DNA of 64,000 bases from Stylophora pistillata (taxonomy: Eukaryota). Numbering within the stretch: position 1 is the stretch's first letter; the number at the start of each line of letters is the position of its first letter. Where the stretch lies: positions 29,853-93,852 of the forward strand of contig NW_019217908.1 of NCBI RefSeq assembly GCF_002571385.2, written 5' to 3'. Shown here piece by piece: positions 27,478 through 40,917 of the stretch. The notes beneath the pieces were generated by a model that was not told where the DNA came from, searched no databases, and was given only the letters and a program-made list of their open reading frames with translations. Position numbers and translations under genes: made by a program.

Positions 27478-27744
27478 TGAAAAATTATAAATTCAGATTT
27501 TACGAATTTTAGATTGATTTTCTAAGGAAACTCCTGTTTAGGTAAAAGTATATTATTATATGGTGTCATTATTCAGTGTTGATCAAGAAAAATTAAAACA
27601 AATTTCTTGTATGCAAAAACTACAAATTCAGATTTTACGAATTTCAGTTTGATTTTCTAAGGATGCATCTGTTTAGGAAAAAGTATATCATTAAACGGTG
27701 TCATTATTCAGTCTTGATCAAGAAAAAATAAGATATATTTCTTG
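27478..27744. repeat. Two-copy ~135-bp tandem duplication
   Basis: AAATTCAGATTTTACGAATT...GGTGTCATTATTCAGT.TTGATCAAGAAAAA...ATTTCTTG occurs twice in tandem. Confidence 0.9.
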
Positions 27745-27883
27745 CAATTCAATAATCTCCTCCCTTCGAACCTACCTACTAAAACCTATTTAGACAAATT
27801 ACGTAGCTTTCACGACGTTGATCTGTTTAGCCTCAATACTCATCCGAACGATCAAATAAACCAGTCAAATAACTGTATTCGAN

Positions 27884-27946
27884 AGGGAGATTACTTTCAA
27901 ACTAATTGGTGTCACCCTCTTAAAATAAAGGTTATTATTATTATTA
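27884..27946 (+). mobile_element. 3' end of a second retroelement nested in the LINE endonuclease region
   Basis: Immediately after the single N at 27883: AATAAA (27924-27929) plus a (TTA)n tail, after which APE homology resumes. Confidence 0.5.
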
Positions 27947-28954
27947 TAATGACCTCGATCAATTCTATTTAAGCGGTAACATAGTCTCCGGTATAACCGA
28001 CCATTTTTCTCAGTTCTGTATTTCACGTCACCCGACTAGTCGAGTTCTATCTACCTCTCCTAAAGTGCGAGACTATTCTAATATCTCACCTGAAAACTTC
28101 AATAATAAACTCTCTCAAATAAATTGGACCATCATCACTCTAGAAAATCGCCAAGACATAGATAAAATATTCTCAACGTATAACAATAAATTTAATAGAC
28201 TGGTCAATAAACATGTACCCTTGAAAACGCTTTCTCGGCGCCGGACAAAACAACTCCCTAAACCATGGATCACAAGAGGCATTAAACGATCAATAAAAAT
28301 AAAAAATAAACTGTTTTTGTCAGGCGATACAGAGAAATATAAATTATATAGAAATCATATACTAACATTAACTCGTCTAAGAAAAAAAAATGTACTTTCA
28401 CGAGTACTTTGAGACTAACTTATCGAGTATTAGGAAGACTTGGGAAGGTATCAATAATCTGCTAAACAGAAGAAGAAATCGTTAATCCGTCAGCAAAAGT
28501 AAAAAACCTGATAATAGTGGTTTCACACAAGACCAATCCTAGATCGCCACTATTCTTAATGGTCATTTCACCTCTGTTGGACATTAGTTAGCCTCCAAGT
28601 TGCCTCAATCACCACACCATTTAGCTAATTATTATCGTCAAACTAGTTTTCTTAATTCTTTCTTTTGTGCTCCTGTAACCCCCTATGAAGTTCAACTCGA
28701 AATTCTGTCTATTCCGAACAACAAAGCACCTGGACTGTACTCGTGTCCAACTCGTATTTTAAAATCCTTTAGTAGTATTCTTTCTTTTCTTTAGCAAATA
28801 TATTTAATACTTCATTTGAGCTTGGGAGTTATCCTACTAAACTTAAACATGCAAAGGTAATTCCAATATACAAAGATGGTGAGGAGACAGACCCTAATAG
28901 TTACCGGCCCATCTCACTTCTCTCAAACTTTAATAGAATCTTTGAAAGATTGAT

Positions 28955-29468
28955 NNNNNNNNNNNNNNNNNNNNNNNNNNNNNNNNNNNNNNNNNNNNNN
29001 NNNNNNNNNNNNNNNNNNNNNNNNNNNNNNNNNNNNNNNNNNNNNNNNNNNNNNNNNNNNNNNNNNNNNNNNNNNNNNNNNNNNNNNNNNNNNNNNNNNN
29101 NNNNNNNNNNNNNNNNNNNNNNNNNNNNNNNNNNNNNNNNNNNNNNNNNNNNNNNNNNNNNNNNNNNNNNNNNNNNNNNNNNNNNNNNNNNNNNNNNNNN
29201 NNNNNNNNNNNNNNNNNNNNNNNNNNNNNNNNNNNNNNNNNNNNNNNNNNNNNNNNNNNNNNNNNNNNNNNNNNNNNNNNNNNNNNNNNNNNNNNNNNNN
29301 NNNNNNNNNNNNNNNNNNNNNNNNNNNNNNNNNNNNNNNNNNNNNNNNNNNNNNNNNNNNNNNNNNNNNNNNNNNNNNNNNNNNNNNNNNNNNNNNNNNN
29401 NNNNNNNNNNNNNNNNNNNNNNNNNNNNNNNNNNNNNNNNNNNNNNNNNNNNNNNNNNNNNNNNNNNN
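28955..29468. other. Assembly gap (514 N)
   Basis: Run of N seen directly. Confidence 1.
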
Positions 29469-31724
29469 TCAATATGGCTTTAGAGAGAAACACTCCACCC
29501 AGCATGCAACGCTAGATATTAGGAACACTATTCAAAACAACATGGACAATAAGTTGTATACCTGTAACATCTTTATAGACTTAAAGAAGGCATTCGACAC
29601 AGTGAATCATGAAATTCTTCTGCAGAAATTACATCATTAGGGAATAAGAGGAATAGTCAGCAACTGGTTCCCTTCTTATTTTAAACTGCGTTCGCAGACA
29701 ACTAACATTGGCCCCTATATTTCGGAAAAGGCTCCTATTGGTCGCGGCGTTCCCCAAGGCTCTGTTCTGGGGCCTCTACTGTTTTTTTTTGTATATAAAT
29801 GACAAGTTTTATTTATTTGCCGATGATACCAGTATCTTGTATGGTAGTAAAAACCTTAAATCCCTAGAGTTAGAAGTAAACGTTGAGCTAACCAAGCCTT
29901 TGTGAATGGCTGACAGCAAACAATTTAACTCTAAATGCTAAGAAATCCAATTATGTCATATTTCGAAATTATAGAAAGAAGCTATCTTTCCAACCAACGA
30001 TAAATATCTTTGACATCGATAAAATGTCATATTCACCATTAGAATACAAGGATTATGTAAAATATCTGGGCATACTCATTGACAAGAATCTTAACTGGAA
30101 AACTCATGTTGATCTCATTGCTCTAAAAGTTAGTAAATCCATTGGTATGATAGCTAAACTAAGACACTTTGTACCCCTTTCTATCAATGTCAAGTTATAT
30201 CAGTCTCTTATTCACCCCTACCTTACTTATCGAATTAGCTCGTGGGGTCAAGAGTCGCAGTCAACTTTGGATAAGCTTCTTCTCCTTGAGAAGAGGGTGA
30301 TTCGTTTAATTAACTTTTCTCCAAAGTGTGAACATGCTATTCTTTTTTTCTTAATCTTGATATTCTGCCTGTTCATTTTGTTTATGTCGAATATGTTTCT
30401 TTTTTAATGTATGATATTCAGAATAAACTAGTTCCTCTCCGGTATTCAAAATCTATTTAACTATGTCTCAGATATACATTCCTACAACACCAGATCAGCA
30501 ACTACCAAAAAATTTTATGTCATGTCTTCTGGACTGCAACAACTTAAGAATTCTTTTTCCCACTTTGGCGTGCAGCTATGGAATGCCTTACCTGACAGTA
30601 TTAAAAAATCTGCCCATAGAAATTTATTTAAAAAACAAATACATGAAATACCTATTAATATCTTCAAGCAACAGAACTTGTATCTTACACCATCGTCAAT
30701 TCTTGAAATAATTAAAAATTTGTAAACCGCATCAATCCTCTAGCTACGACCAGTATAGCGAAGTCTCTTCCTATTTTCCTGTTATTATTATCATTTAAAT
30801 TAATTTACTATTAACTTTAAATTATTATTGATTGTAATTTGAACTACTGTTTTCTTACTGTAATCTGAACTGCCGATTCAAAATCTTTATAAGTACCAGT
30901 GATAAGCCTAACTTAATTATACCTACCCGCCTCGACAAGTTTTTAACTAATTGTGGGTAGGCATTTGTCAAATTAAAATTGTTGTAAATCAATAAATTGT
31001 TGTTGTTGTTTGTTGTTGCATGCTCTTTTTATATCTTTTTCTTTAACATTTTTATTGCTTAATCGGGCTACCTTTGTTTCCGTACATGGATTTTCTTACG
31101 TTTTCATCCCTCAACACCTCAAAACACCTGATACTTTCTGAAGCATTTATGTTCTCTATTTTTGTGGTAGTGCTATAACAATATAGTTATACTTTAAAAT
31201 TATATAATTATTGAGTATTGTTTAGAAAATACGTAATGTGAGACATATGTCAGAATGTTTTTAAGTTTATGTTTACCTTTTTTAATTCAACTTTGCGCTG
31301 TGTTTTCGGAAACAACATGAATAGGAATTAGCTTAGATTTTCATAATTATTTTTACATGATTATTATTCAGAATTACCATTATTATCAGTAGTAAAGCTA
31401 CGACTCAGATCATCATTAGTATTGTTTAGCCACTTCACCAAGAATACCTCACTTTTCTCTGTTAAGGGATGCCACATATCCCTAAACACAGCTCGTTTTT
31501 TAATTATGTAACTCGGCTGCACAAAAGCATTAATGGCGTGAATTAGGTTGGCTGTAGAGGTATCTGAGGGATTTCCATATGCGGAAATGCTCTGCAGACA
31601 CACACCGAGATCTTTTGTGTATTTAAATTAGCCTCATTTGGTTAATACAAATGATATGCACTAAAACTTGTATTTCCATTAAAGTAACTAGTTAGTTTGT
31701 ATCTTCACTATTTTCTTCTTTGTA

Positions 31725-31820
31725 GATCAAAAAAGTGCATGATTGGAGCAAACATGGCCTTATTTAGCTTGTTTGATCAAAAAAGTCCATGATAGGAGCA
31801 AACACGGCCTCATTTAGCTT
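31725..31820. repeat. Two-copy 50-bp tandem duplication
   Basis: GATCAAAAAAGT(G/C)CATGAT(T/A)GGAGCAAACA(T/C)GGCCT(T/C)ATTTAGCTT twice, period 50. Confidence 0.9.
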
Positions 31821-34800
31821 ACTACGCTTTCCGCTTCCTGAGTAAATTTTATTTCTAAGATTTCACACGTTAAAACGTTAAAATTATTTGAGCCTTTCAA
31901 AAGATTAGTGTTATTAGCGAATGCACATTGGATTACAGGCTGCTCTAAAAAAAAGTTGATCAGAAATGGTAGGTGGCCAATGCGTATTTTTTTTTATTTG
32001 AATCAGGGCACTTAGCCTAGAGAGCAGAAAACCAACACTGACATGTTTCAAGTGAAAATGACCGTTGAATGTTAATAGGAATTGCAAACCAGAACACCTT
32101 CCATCTTATTCCTTTAACTTTTGTTTTTCCTTTTTCTTTTTGAAAAAGCTAAGAAAATTGAATTTCTAAACATCAGATATGGACAGCTTTGATTAAAAAC
32201 AGTTTCCAATTTTTGCTGACTGGAAAAAGTACTTCAGTTGATCATGGCCCAAAAAAAGAGATTTGAATCGTGTGGAAACTGTTTGTAGCTGTATGAAGAT
32301 TGTTAATTATGCCCAGAAAGCTTGGATTATGTTCAATAAACATCTTTGAGGTACAGCAGCCCGTGAACAGGTGTCAAACGTCGAAAAAAGAAAGGAAACA
32401 AAAAAAAAGAAAAACTTTACAACTTGTAAAAAAAGTCCGATAAAAGTAAAGGAATTATGCACCTGGAAGTGAGAAGCGAACAATTCTGATCGGAAAATAA
32501 ATCTGAGTAACACAATATTACAGAGAAGCTTACCACCACTCCACTGAACGATATGCTTATGTTCAGCTTCACCTCAGTTAGTGGCTGGTGCTTCCCTGCA
32601 TCGGTGGGGGATAGCCAGATCTTCAACGCTGTCTCGAGATGTTGATCTGACTCTCAGCTTTCTTACGTATCCATTACGCGTTAATTTGATGGTGAACTCC
32701 TTTGAAGTGCTCTGGAGAGTCCTAAAAAACACTTACACCACTCCTCTTGATCAATTAAGTTTGTTTCCTATTTAACAAATACGCGTTTGAGCGGACATCT
32801 GATTAAGAATTGATTAAACATTTGAAATCAAATTCCCTTTCTTCTGAAATATTGTATTTATCTTAGACAATATGGCCGACAGTTAACTCTCAACTTAATT
32901 TCCTTCCCATGAATATCTCAACAAAGATCTGTTTAAATACGTTATTAAATTTGGCTTTTAGGATTTTAAATGACCACCCTCTTTTTAAGGAATAAGAGAT
33001 TTAAGTATTGAATACAATAATAGGGTCAATTTGTAAATTGAGAATTCAGAATTTTTCTGACCGTAGATAAGCAGCCTTTTGTTGTCACGAAGTGTATTGA
33101 GGGTTACAAAGCAAAGCTAATGTAAGAAATATAACATCAAAATAGAAACGAAGATTTCACAGTAGGGGTTAAAGTAAACGTGATTTTAGGGCGTGTATTC
33201 AAAGATTGATGTGATTGCTCAAAGGCGAATGGATATGTGCAAATTAATTTTTCGCTATCATACAGCTATGACGTTCGTCTATAAGCCTTTTGTCTTATAA
33301 ACTGTTGTTCTCCAATCCATTTGATAAGCTATCTGAATTCGCTGAGTTGATTTAGTAACGATTTTTCAAAGAATAGCAACAACAAGGGTTAAGCTTTGGC
33401 TCACATAACGACGTACATAAAACGAAAGGTGAATTCAAAAGGAATATGATGTGAATATAAATCAAGCTTGGGTTGAAGTTTCTTTTTCACGCTAACAAAT
33501 GTTGATTAACTTCTTGGGAAGTCATTGCTTCTATGGAAATCATACTTGATGAAGCATTGAGTAAAATCACCCTGGCTGGAAAACTCGTTCAATTTTCTGC
33601 TGAAATCAAATTTGACAGATACAACGTGCTTGTACGTGTAAATGGCGATTCGACTGCTTCTCATGTTCGCTTTCTTTCCTTGAGGTTCGCTTTTTGATCT
33701 CGACTGATCTTGTTTTCTGGAAATAGATTCCGATAAAATTTTTCCTTACCGTGTCAATTTGGAAATGATTTTAGTTTTCGTCAATCAACGGTGGTTTCGA
33801 CGCACAGCGTATTTATTAAAGCTATGGACCCACGCTCAGGGTCTCGACACCCGATGATTTCATCAGCCTAGTGGTTTACATGTGGTTTTGTTTGCTGAAG
33901 TTGGGAGATGCCTAGAAGTCTTTACATCGATTCCTTGACACATTTTACCATCTAAATGCTATTACAAACATTTTACTAAGAGAACGTGCATGGCAAAGCG
34001 TGAGTGGGGCTTTTTTAGAGGACCTTTTTGTCAAAAGAAGGTGTATTTACCCATCACGAAATGATGACAAAACTAATTATTTTTTTGTGCTATAAATGGA
34101 TTTTTGTCCTTGTCAGTTTTGCCGTCAACACACAATAGTGAACTCAAGTCAGGATAAACACTTTAGCAATTAAGGTGTTCGGTGTCTGAAATTGTGTCTT
34201 TACAAGACAAACTTTAGAATTTAGGATGGAAAATTGTTTGCTTAACTATTTCCCTTAATGTAATCTTTTTTTTTTCTGTCATAACTGTTTTGCATATTTG
34301 AAACTCAGCAGTGTATATAGTGGTATAAAATTGCGGAAATTGCGTCACCATTTTTCAAGCCATTTCAGACCTCTATGAACTAAGAAGTTTCCTTGACATA
34401 TGCTGCGAAAGGACAGTATTCGACAGCCAGTCCGGGTAAGCTTGGATGCGTTAAATTTAAAAAAAAGTAAGACTTTACAGGTTAAACAGACAAGTATTCG
34501 CCCGAAGTTAGCAATAAATCGTTTCAGCACTAAATTATTCTGCGAATTCTAGTGAATTATAGAGATGTTTACTTCGTTAAGATTGTTTCAACTCTATGAC
34601 TACTGCTTGTTTTAGGAAATGAAATAAGTGACTACTGCACAAGGTAATTCTATGGAAAAACATTTTCATTCGTGAGGGAACCAAAGTAATTCGAATTTAT
34701 TTCAGTAAGTGTCTCTTTTCCACCCACACGTCCATTGAACGACTATGATGACCAGGCTACTGAGTTTTATGAATGGGTAACCGAAAATAATGCTGCGAAT

Positions 34801-35627
34801 ATGGGAACATTACTAACCAACCGAAATGCGAGTGAGTCAGATTATCATGGCGAAAAAAAAAAAGCTAAAAATTCCAATTCAATTTTTAAATGCTTGTTTG
34901 CTTTCAGTTTGTTTGTTTTTGAACCATAGAAATAAAAAAAAACTTCATCGAATCGAAGGTGACTTTAAAGTGAACCATTGTCGTGCACAGAGTCAGTAAT
35001 TAACATAGCAACGAACATCTAATTTATTTCCTTCACACATTTTCAATATTTAGCATTTTTCTCTTTTTGTGGTAAACTAAGTAATATCATATTTTATTTA
35101 AGAAATGTCAGGGATTATTTAAGTTGCTCAAGAGAAAATAAAAAGATTCAGTATGTTCCAGCTTTGTTCTCCTTTAGCTTTCAATTCGGAGATACTCGAT
35201 AACTTGAGTTCATCTCAGTTTCCTTGGCTGAAAATGATTGTTTGTGTTGAATATATTACCGATTATAGTAAGTCCCATTAACAAAAATTTTACCTCTACT
35301 CTGCCTAAACGGTAATTAACACTACAGTTGGGACGATTAAATCGTTTAAAAAACACCATCGTAGAAAATTAAGCATTCCCAAACCCTGCTTTCTCATTCA
35401 AACTATTTTCTCTCAATGGCTTTCCTTTTTGTGCTAGAGTGTCAACCGCGCAAAGGGGGGAGAGATGATTCCAAGAAAGTTAAATTTTTTGCTTGCCTTC
35501 GCCACAAACTGTATTCGGATGATACTGTAAACATCTACTTCTTCTTTTCCTTCTACTTTTTGCGGCCTAAAAGCTGGTAAGATCAGAGCGAATGCTTGAA
35601 TTGACCGAGTCGGTGAAAATCGAAAAA

Positions 35628-36538
35628 ATGTGGCACACGATCGAAAACTTGAAAACCTTCATATTTTGCGCAGAGATACCTTATAGTGAACTTAGAAACA
35701 TGGTAAAGTTTTTTTTCCCAGACTTGCTTCTTTATCCTAGAAATTTCACGAAAACTGAAACGAGCGTCGGTAGCCTTAAAATGGCCGAAATCAGTACCCT
35801 GAGTAGAGGCAAATGAACTTTGGTTATGAAAAGTGAAAAAGAAAGCAAGCTCCTATCAATTTGACAAATGTGTATAGGAGGGATTGAGGTATGACTTAAG
35901 TCTAAATCGGGACCGTTTCATTTAATTTTGACATGTCCGAACGCTTTAAAAATTCACCAATATTTCAAAATNCAAATATCGCATTTTGTAGCAAATTTTC
36001 AAACTGTTCATTTTCACCATGCGGTATAAGTAAGAATCGCTTCAGAGCTAATGATAAGTGGAAATAGTGTTGTTTTCGAGGATATAGAAATTAATTTGGG
36101 GCTTTTCATTCCCGCACGGAAAAACCAGGCTGAACTTTGTGAAAATCGCAACATCGCCATTTACGTTACGACATAATCTAATTAGGCACCCCGCGGTTAA
36201 ATCCGGAATTCCAAGCACATTTTAAAAGTTAGCACCGTGGTCGATCAGGGAATCAATACAGTAAGCTAGCCTTGCATAGCAAACCACGACAGGTTGGTTT
36301 TTATCTCTGCTTTCGTTTCAAATTCTCATCCATATCCCATGGCGGAATTGTTTACAATAACACATTCCTTAAGCTAGCGCAGGGCGTCTGTTTTTCTTTG
36401 CGTACTCGAACACCTATAAGTCTTAAGAAAGTTGTGGGGTAAACTTGAGCGTCTTTGTGACTTGAAAGGGGACAGGTCAATCATTTATAACGGCAGGTCA
36501 AATGTTCTTTGCCGAAGACGTTGAAGACGGGAAGCAAT
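35628..36538 (-). repeat. Left arm of a long inverted duplication (continues at ~37229-37320 after a LINE insertion)
   Basis: Reverse complement aligns co-linearly with 39355-40270, e.g. ATAACGGCAGGTCAAATGTTCTTTGCCGAAGACGTTGAAGACGGGAAGCAAT. Confidence 0.93.
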
Positions 36539-37228
36539 TTACTACTCTACACCAAGGAACATTCGCGAACTTTCTATTAATTCATCTGACGTCCATACAT
36601 ATAACACGCGTTTTTCTTCCACAGAGAATTTTTATGTACAGAAGTCTAGATTGCATGCGAAATTTAAGTCTTTCTCTGCGTTTGGTACGAGGTTATGGAA
36701 CTGTCTAAACCCTGACTTGTGTAAACTCACGAAAAGAGCATTTAAAAGGAAAATTCATAAGTTGCTTTTGACTTTACTTGGGATTGAGAACTATTATGTT
36801 GACGCCCACTCACTGATACTGAAATTCAATACCAATGATTATCGAATATTATAACTGTAGTACTTCGCTCACATCCGCATTTCACAATTCTCTCCTCTCT
36901 ACTTTCCAGTCTGCTCTGCCCGTATTTGATTATTATGTCTTGTTTTAACTCACTGGTAATTTTATTGTATTTAATTTGTGACAACTGTACGTATCTTTTA
37001 GCTTATAATGTAGTAAACTAATGCATGGCCTATAACCCCAATAATATTGTAGTAACGAAATCTCTTTAGTTTATTGTAAAATCTCTTTAGTTTATTGTGG
37101 TAATGAAACTTCTTTAGCTTGCAATGTGTAGTATTTACTTATTTATTACTAATACCCGCCAAGATTAGGTAATGCTATATGCGGGTTGTGTAAATTTTCT
37201 TGTAATGTTCCATATTATTATGAATTCA
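36539..37228 (+). mobile_element. 5'-truncated CR1/L2-clade LINE (ORF2 C-terminus plus 3' UTR)
   Basis: HTYNTRFSSTENFYVQKSRL..KSFSAFGTRLWNCL matches the tail of the 27.7-31 kb LINE. 3' UTR hairpin TACCCGC...GCGGGT at ~37153-37186. Inverted-repeat homology resumes right after it. Confidence 0.8.
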
Positions 37229-37599
37229 ACATACTCAAGCGTTTTTCCCGCAAGGTCGAAATATTTACAATCACCAAAACACATTGGATTGTTCCTTTCT
37301 TGGGGTTTTTTCGGCCGCGAGAATAACATCTTTAAAAAACGTGTTCATTAGATAAATACTGAATATGTTACCTCGGAAGAGTGTTTCACTGAAAAGTAGA
37401 AATACAACTGTAGGAGGACTCCACCCCACCCCCTCCCCCGTTGAAAACCCATATGTCAACTATTTTTAACGGAAAATCGCTAGACTCAGTCGTGAGTGAA
37501 ATAAGACACTGTGGCACGCTTTTTCTCGGTGATTATCATCAAACAGATGACATCGTTAGGTGGAGGGATGCTGAAAGTATTATGCTAGAGTAAAAAATG

Positions 37600-38086
37600 A
37601 TGCGACAATCAATTCAAAGCTTCAACATCGCCTCCCTTCAGGAATTCTAACTATAGAAGATTGGTTCCAGCCCCCCCTGTTCAAATGCCAAAAAAAAAAT
37701 TGAAAAGATTTTGACAGTGAGTCCTAAAAATAATTTAACCGTAAAAAATTAGCATTAGCCATATAAAATAGCCGAAAAATGTAACCGCTAGCAGTGAAAG
37801 CCATCTTTCCATTAACACCCTCCTTACATTGTCACATGTTTTGTAAAAGGCACGATCAGCAATTGATTTGACTACTCAAGCTCCAAAACCTAGACCTTAT
37901 AGACCCTATATTCTGAGCCATCCGCTTTAAGTACCTCCTTGGTAAAAGGTAAACCACCAGTATTCCACTGGAAAGACTTGACGCTTCCGATTCAAATTCC
38001 CCACACCACCCAGGTAAGGTTCAAAGGACGACAGTCAAAAGCCTGTGGGTTGCCCAGGATGTTGAAGCTGTGATTAATCGGTGTAT
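37600..38086. mobile_element. Degenerate MITE
   Basis: Inverted terminal core AGCTTCAACATC (37618-37629) and GATGTTGAAGCT (38058-38069) within ~30-bp imperfect TIRs. Confidence 0.55.
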
Positions 38087-38343
38087 AACGTCACTGACAC
38101 TGATTCAACATTTTTTGAACGTCAAAATCTAAAAAGAGGAATGTCAAATAGTAAGCTAAGCAAAACTAATTCGATCGAGTTAACAACCACACCTATAAAA
38201 ATAAAACAATTTGTGATCATGTGCGACTTTCTCTACAACGAATTTCTGTCAGAAAAACGCAAGCACGAGGTAAAAAGTTGCAAGGACAGGTATTTTCAAA
38301 CAAAAAGGCATGGAAATACCTCAAGCCTGAAGGTTATAACAAC

Positions 38344-38620
38344 TTACTATATGGCAGGACAGTCTTGAGGTAAATCCGAGCATTCTGATTAGTTCTTACT
38401 TGGTCTGAATTTTGCCATACGGACCATTTCCCCGGAAGCCGTATATTTTTGTCCGCGAAGGCCGAGAAATTAAAATTAAAGAAGTTTACCCGAACGCCAT
38501 GATAAAATACTTAGTAACATCAATTGCTTGAGCTATATTGGGAAATATTGGCCCTCGGTATTTTTGTACGGACCTCCCCGCGCTCGCTCTATACTACCCA
38601 TACTACTGCGCTCGCTCCAT
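38344..38620 (+). mobile_element. Degenerate hairpin-ended interspersed element
   Basis: TTACTATATGGC and GCCATGATAA subterminal inverted repeat, CTGATTAG near the 5' end, decayed terminal hairpin. A more decayed inverted copy lies at ~45429-45560. Confidence 0.45.
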
Positions 38621-39259
38621 ACTATCTGATTGCTGGAAAGTGTGTTAAGAATTGGCGCTCGATCTAAAATTAAATCTATTTCGGCCTCAACATCGGTATT
38701 GCCGACAGTCTTTAAGTGTTCAGAAATGACTTTACGGCACGGCATTAGCTGAACTAGTATTAGCTGAAATATCACAGATCAAAAGAATTATACCTTTTTC
38801 TCGACTTAGTTGTTTTAATTTGAGAACAGTTTCCAGCCCAAGCAATTTACGTGAGTTCTGTAACCAGAACTCTCAATTTGGAAAGAACGTTCTTCACTCA
38901 GCTAATATTCTTTGTTTGTAGTAGTGATTTCAAATGGCACATTGTTTATCATACATTTATCCTCAGGTATAGTTCACCCTATCTATTTCATTCTGATTCC
39001 AGCTCCATACTTGGTATTCTTCTCCTATTCCAATCATTTCGTACTTTGCCTGTGTTTCACCTTTACTCTGACTTTGATTCTTTCCCTAATATTTTTTCTG
39101 TAGCTATTTGTTGTTTTTGTTCTGCTTATTCTCTTCTAGGTAATGTCACCAACTCTACATGAAATCCCCGCTGCGAAGTTAATAAGTTTCACAGCAATGA
39201 CTACCTGATAAGAAAAATTATCATGTAAACAATTTTGTTAAAAAAAACGCTATTCATCG

Positions 39260-40270
39260 ATATTCGTGGCCGTAGAATTACAAGGTTGGGAACAAGATTG
39301 AAATAATTTCAACTTTGCGTGACAAATGCTTGAGTGTGTCACATCTACACACAGATTGCTTCCCGTCTTCAACGTCTTCGGCAAAGAACATTTGACCTGC
39401 CGTTATAAATGATTGAATTGTCGTCTTTCAAGTCCACAATGAAGCACAAGTTTACCCCGGAACTTTCTTAAGACGTAAAGGTGTTCGAATACACAAAGAA
39501 AAACAGACGCCCTCCGCTAGCTTAAGGGATGTGTTACTGTAAACAATTCGCCCAAGAGGAATGGATGAGAAGTTGAAACGAAAGCAGAGATAAAAAGCAA
39601 TCTGCCGTGGTTACTATGCAAGGCTAGCTTACTGTAATGATTCCCTGATCGACCACGGTGCTAACTTCTAAAATGTGCTTGGAATTCCGGATTAACAGCG
39701 GGGTGCCTAATCAGCCTTCTGTCGTAACGTAGATGACGATGTTGCAATTTTCACAAAGTTCAGCCTGGTTTTTCCGTGCGGGAATGAAAAGCCCCAAATT
39801 AATTTTTATATACACGAAAACAACATTATTTCCACTTATCATGAGCTTAACCTGAAGCGATTCTGACTTATACCGCATGGTGAAAATGATAATTGAAAAT
39901 TTGCTACAAAATGCGATATTTGGATTTTGAAATATTGGTGATTTTTAAAAGCGTTCCGTGATGTTAAAATTAAATGAAATGTCCCGTTTTAGACTTAAGC
40001 CATAGCTCAATCCCATCCATACAAATTTGTCAAATTGATACGAGCTTGCTTTCTATTGCGCTTTTCATGAGCAAAGTTCATTTGCCTCTACTCGGGGCAC
40101 TGATTTCCGCCATTTTTAAGGCTACCGACGCTGTTTTCAGTTTTCGGGAATTTTCTAGGATAAAGAAGCGAGTCTGGAAAAAAAAAACTTACCACGTTTC
40201 TAAGTTCACTATAAGGCATTTGTGACTAAAATATGAGGATACCGGTACTCATTTTCGGTCGATGTGCCAT
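39260..40270 (+). repeat. Right arm of the long inverted duplication, ending ~650 bp upstream of the 40918 GPCR
   Basis: Reverse complement of 35628-36538 and ~37229-37320. Confidence 0.93.
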
Positions 40271-40917
40271 CTCTCACGCGGTCTTGGAAAAAAGTCGCTC
40301 GTATATAAGTTATCAACCTCAAAGACAAATTAGATATTTCCTCTTCAAAAGGTTGCTTGTGAAATTTGACAGGTTTTTCTTTTTTTCAATTCGCATTTGA
40401 GTCAAAGTCGATTATCCTGATAAATAGAGCTTGAATCCGGCTTCAATGAGAACCTCGGGGAGAACTAGGTTAACAAGTAGGTAGTAATAATAACATGTTG
40501 CTGTTGTGTGCCAGAAGTTTACCACAAGTAAAGGATTGTAGTTTTTGCCCTTTAATTTGTGCAAAAAGGAGAATTTAATTTTTTCATAACAATACTAACA
40601 TATGCACTTGCTTATATACATTTATTTATCGTTTAACGGAAAAGCTACTGATAAAGTATCCCTTGCACGTACTCAATGTCATAATGGACGCTACTACTAC
40701 TACTACTACTGATCGTCTTAACAATAATTTTGTTTCCGGCTTTAAATTTGTCATGAAAAGCTGGCTAGATTTTCTGCTTCCTTGATTTTTTCCCTGGCTG
40801 GATCGAGCCTTAACTGCCAAATCTGGTGGCTTCCTCAATTTAGAGCAAAGATTTTTTTCTGAGTTCGATTACCTGTTTTTTATTATTTTCTCCTTTAGTT
40901 CATCGAGGTTCATCAAA

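Larger units (their letters stand above)
27747..31015 (+). mobile_element. Degenerate CR1/L2-clade LINE (APE endonuclease plus reverse transcriptase), interrupted by assembly gaps
   Basis: SGNIVSGITDHFSQF (APE C-terminus), KPWITRGI, YRPISLLS, QYGFR, FIDLKKAFDTVNH, GVPQGSVLGPL, LFADDT, VKYLGILID, HSYNTRS, all broken by stops and frameshifts. 3' hairpin, AATAAA (30991-30996) and (TTG)n tail. Candidate TSD TTGCA at 27742-27746 and 31016-31020. Confidence 0.92.

Noticed and set aside
28930-29505. Long ORFs of 177 and 191 aa in the ORF track
   Set aside because: Artefacts of the N gap.
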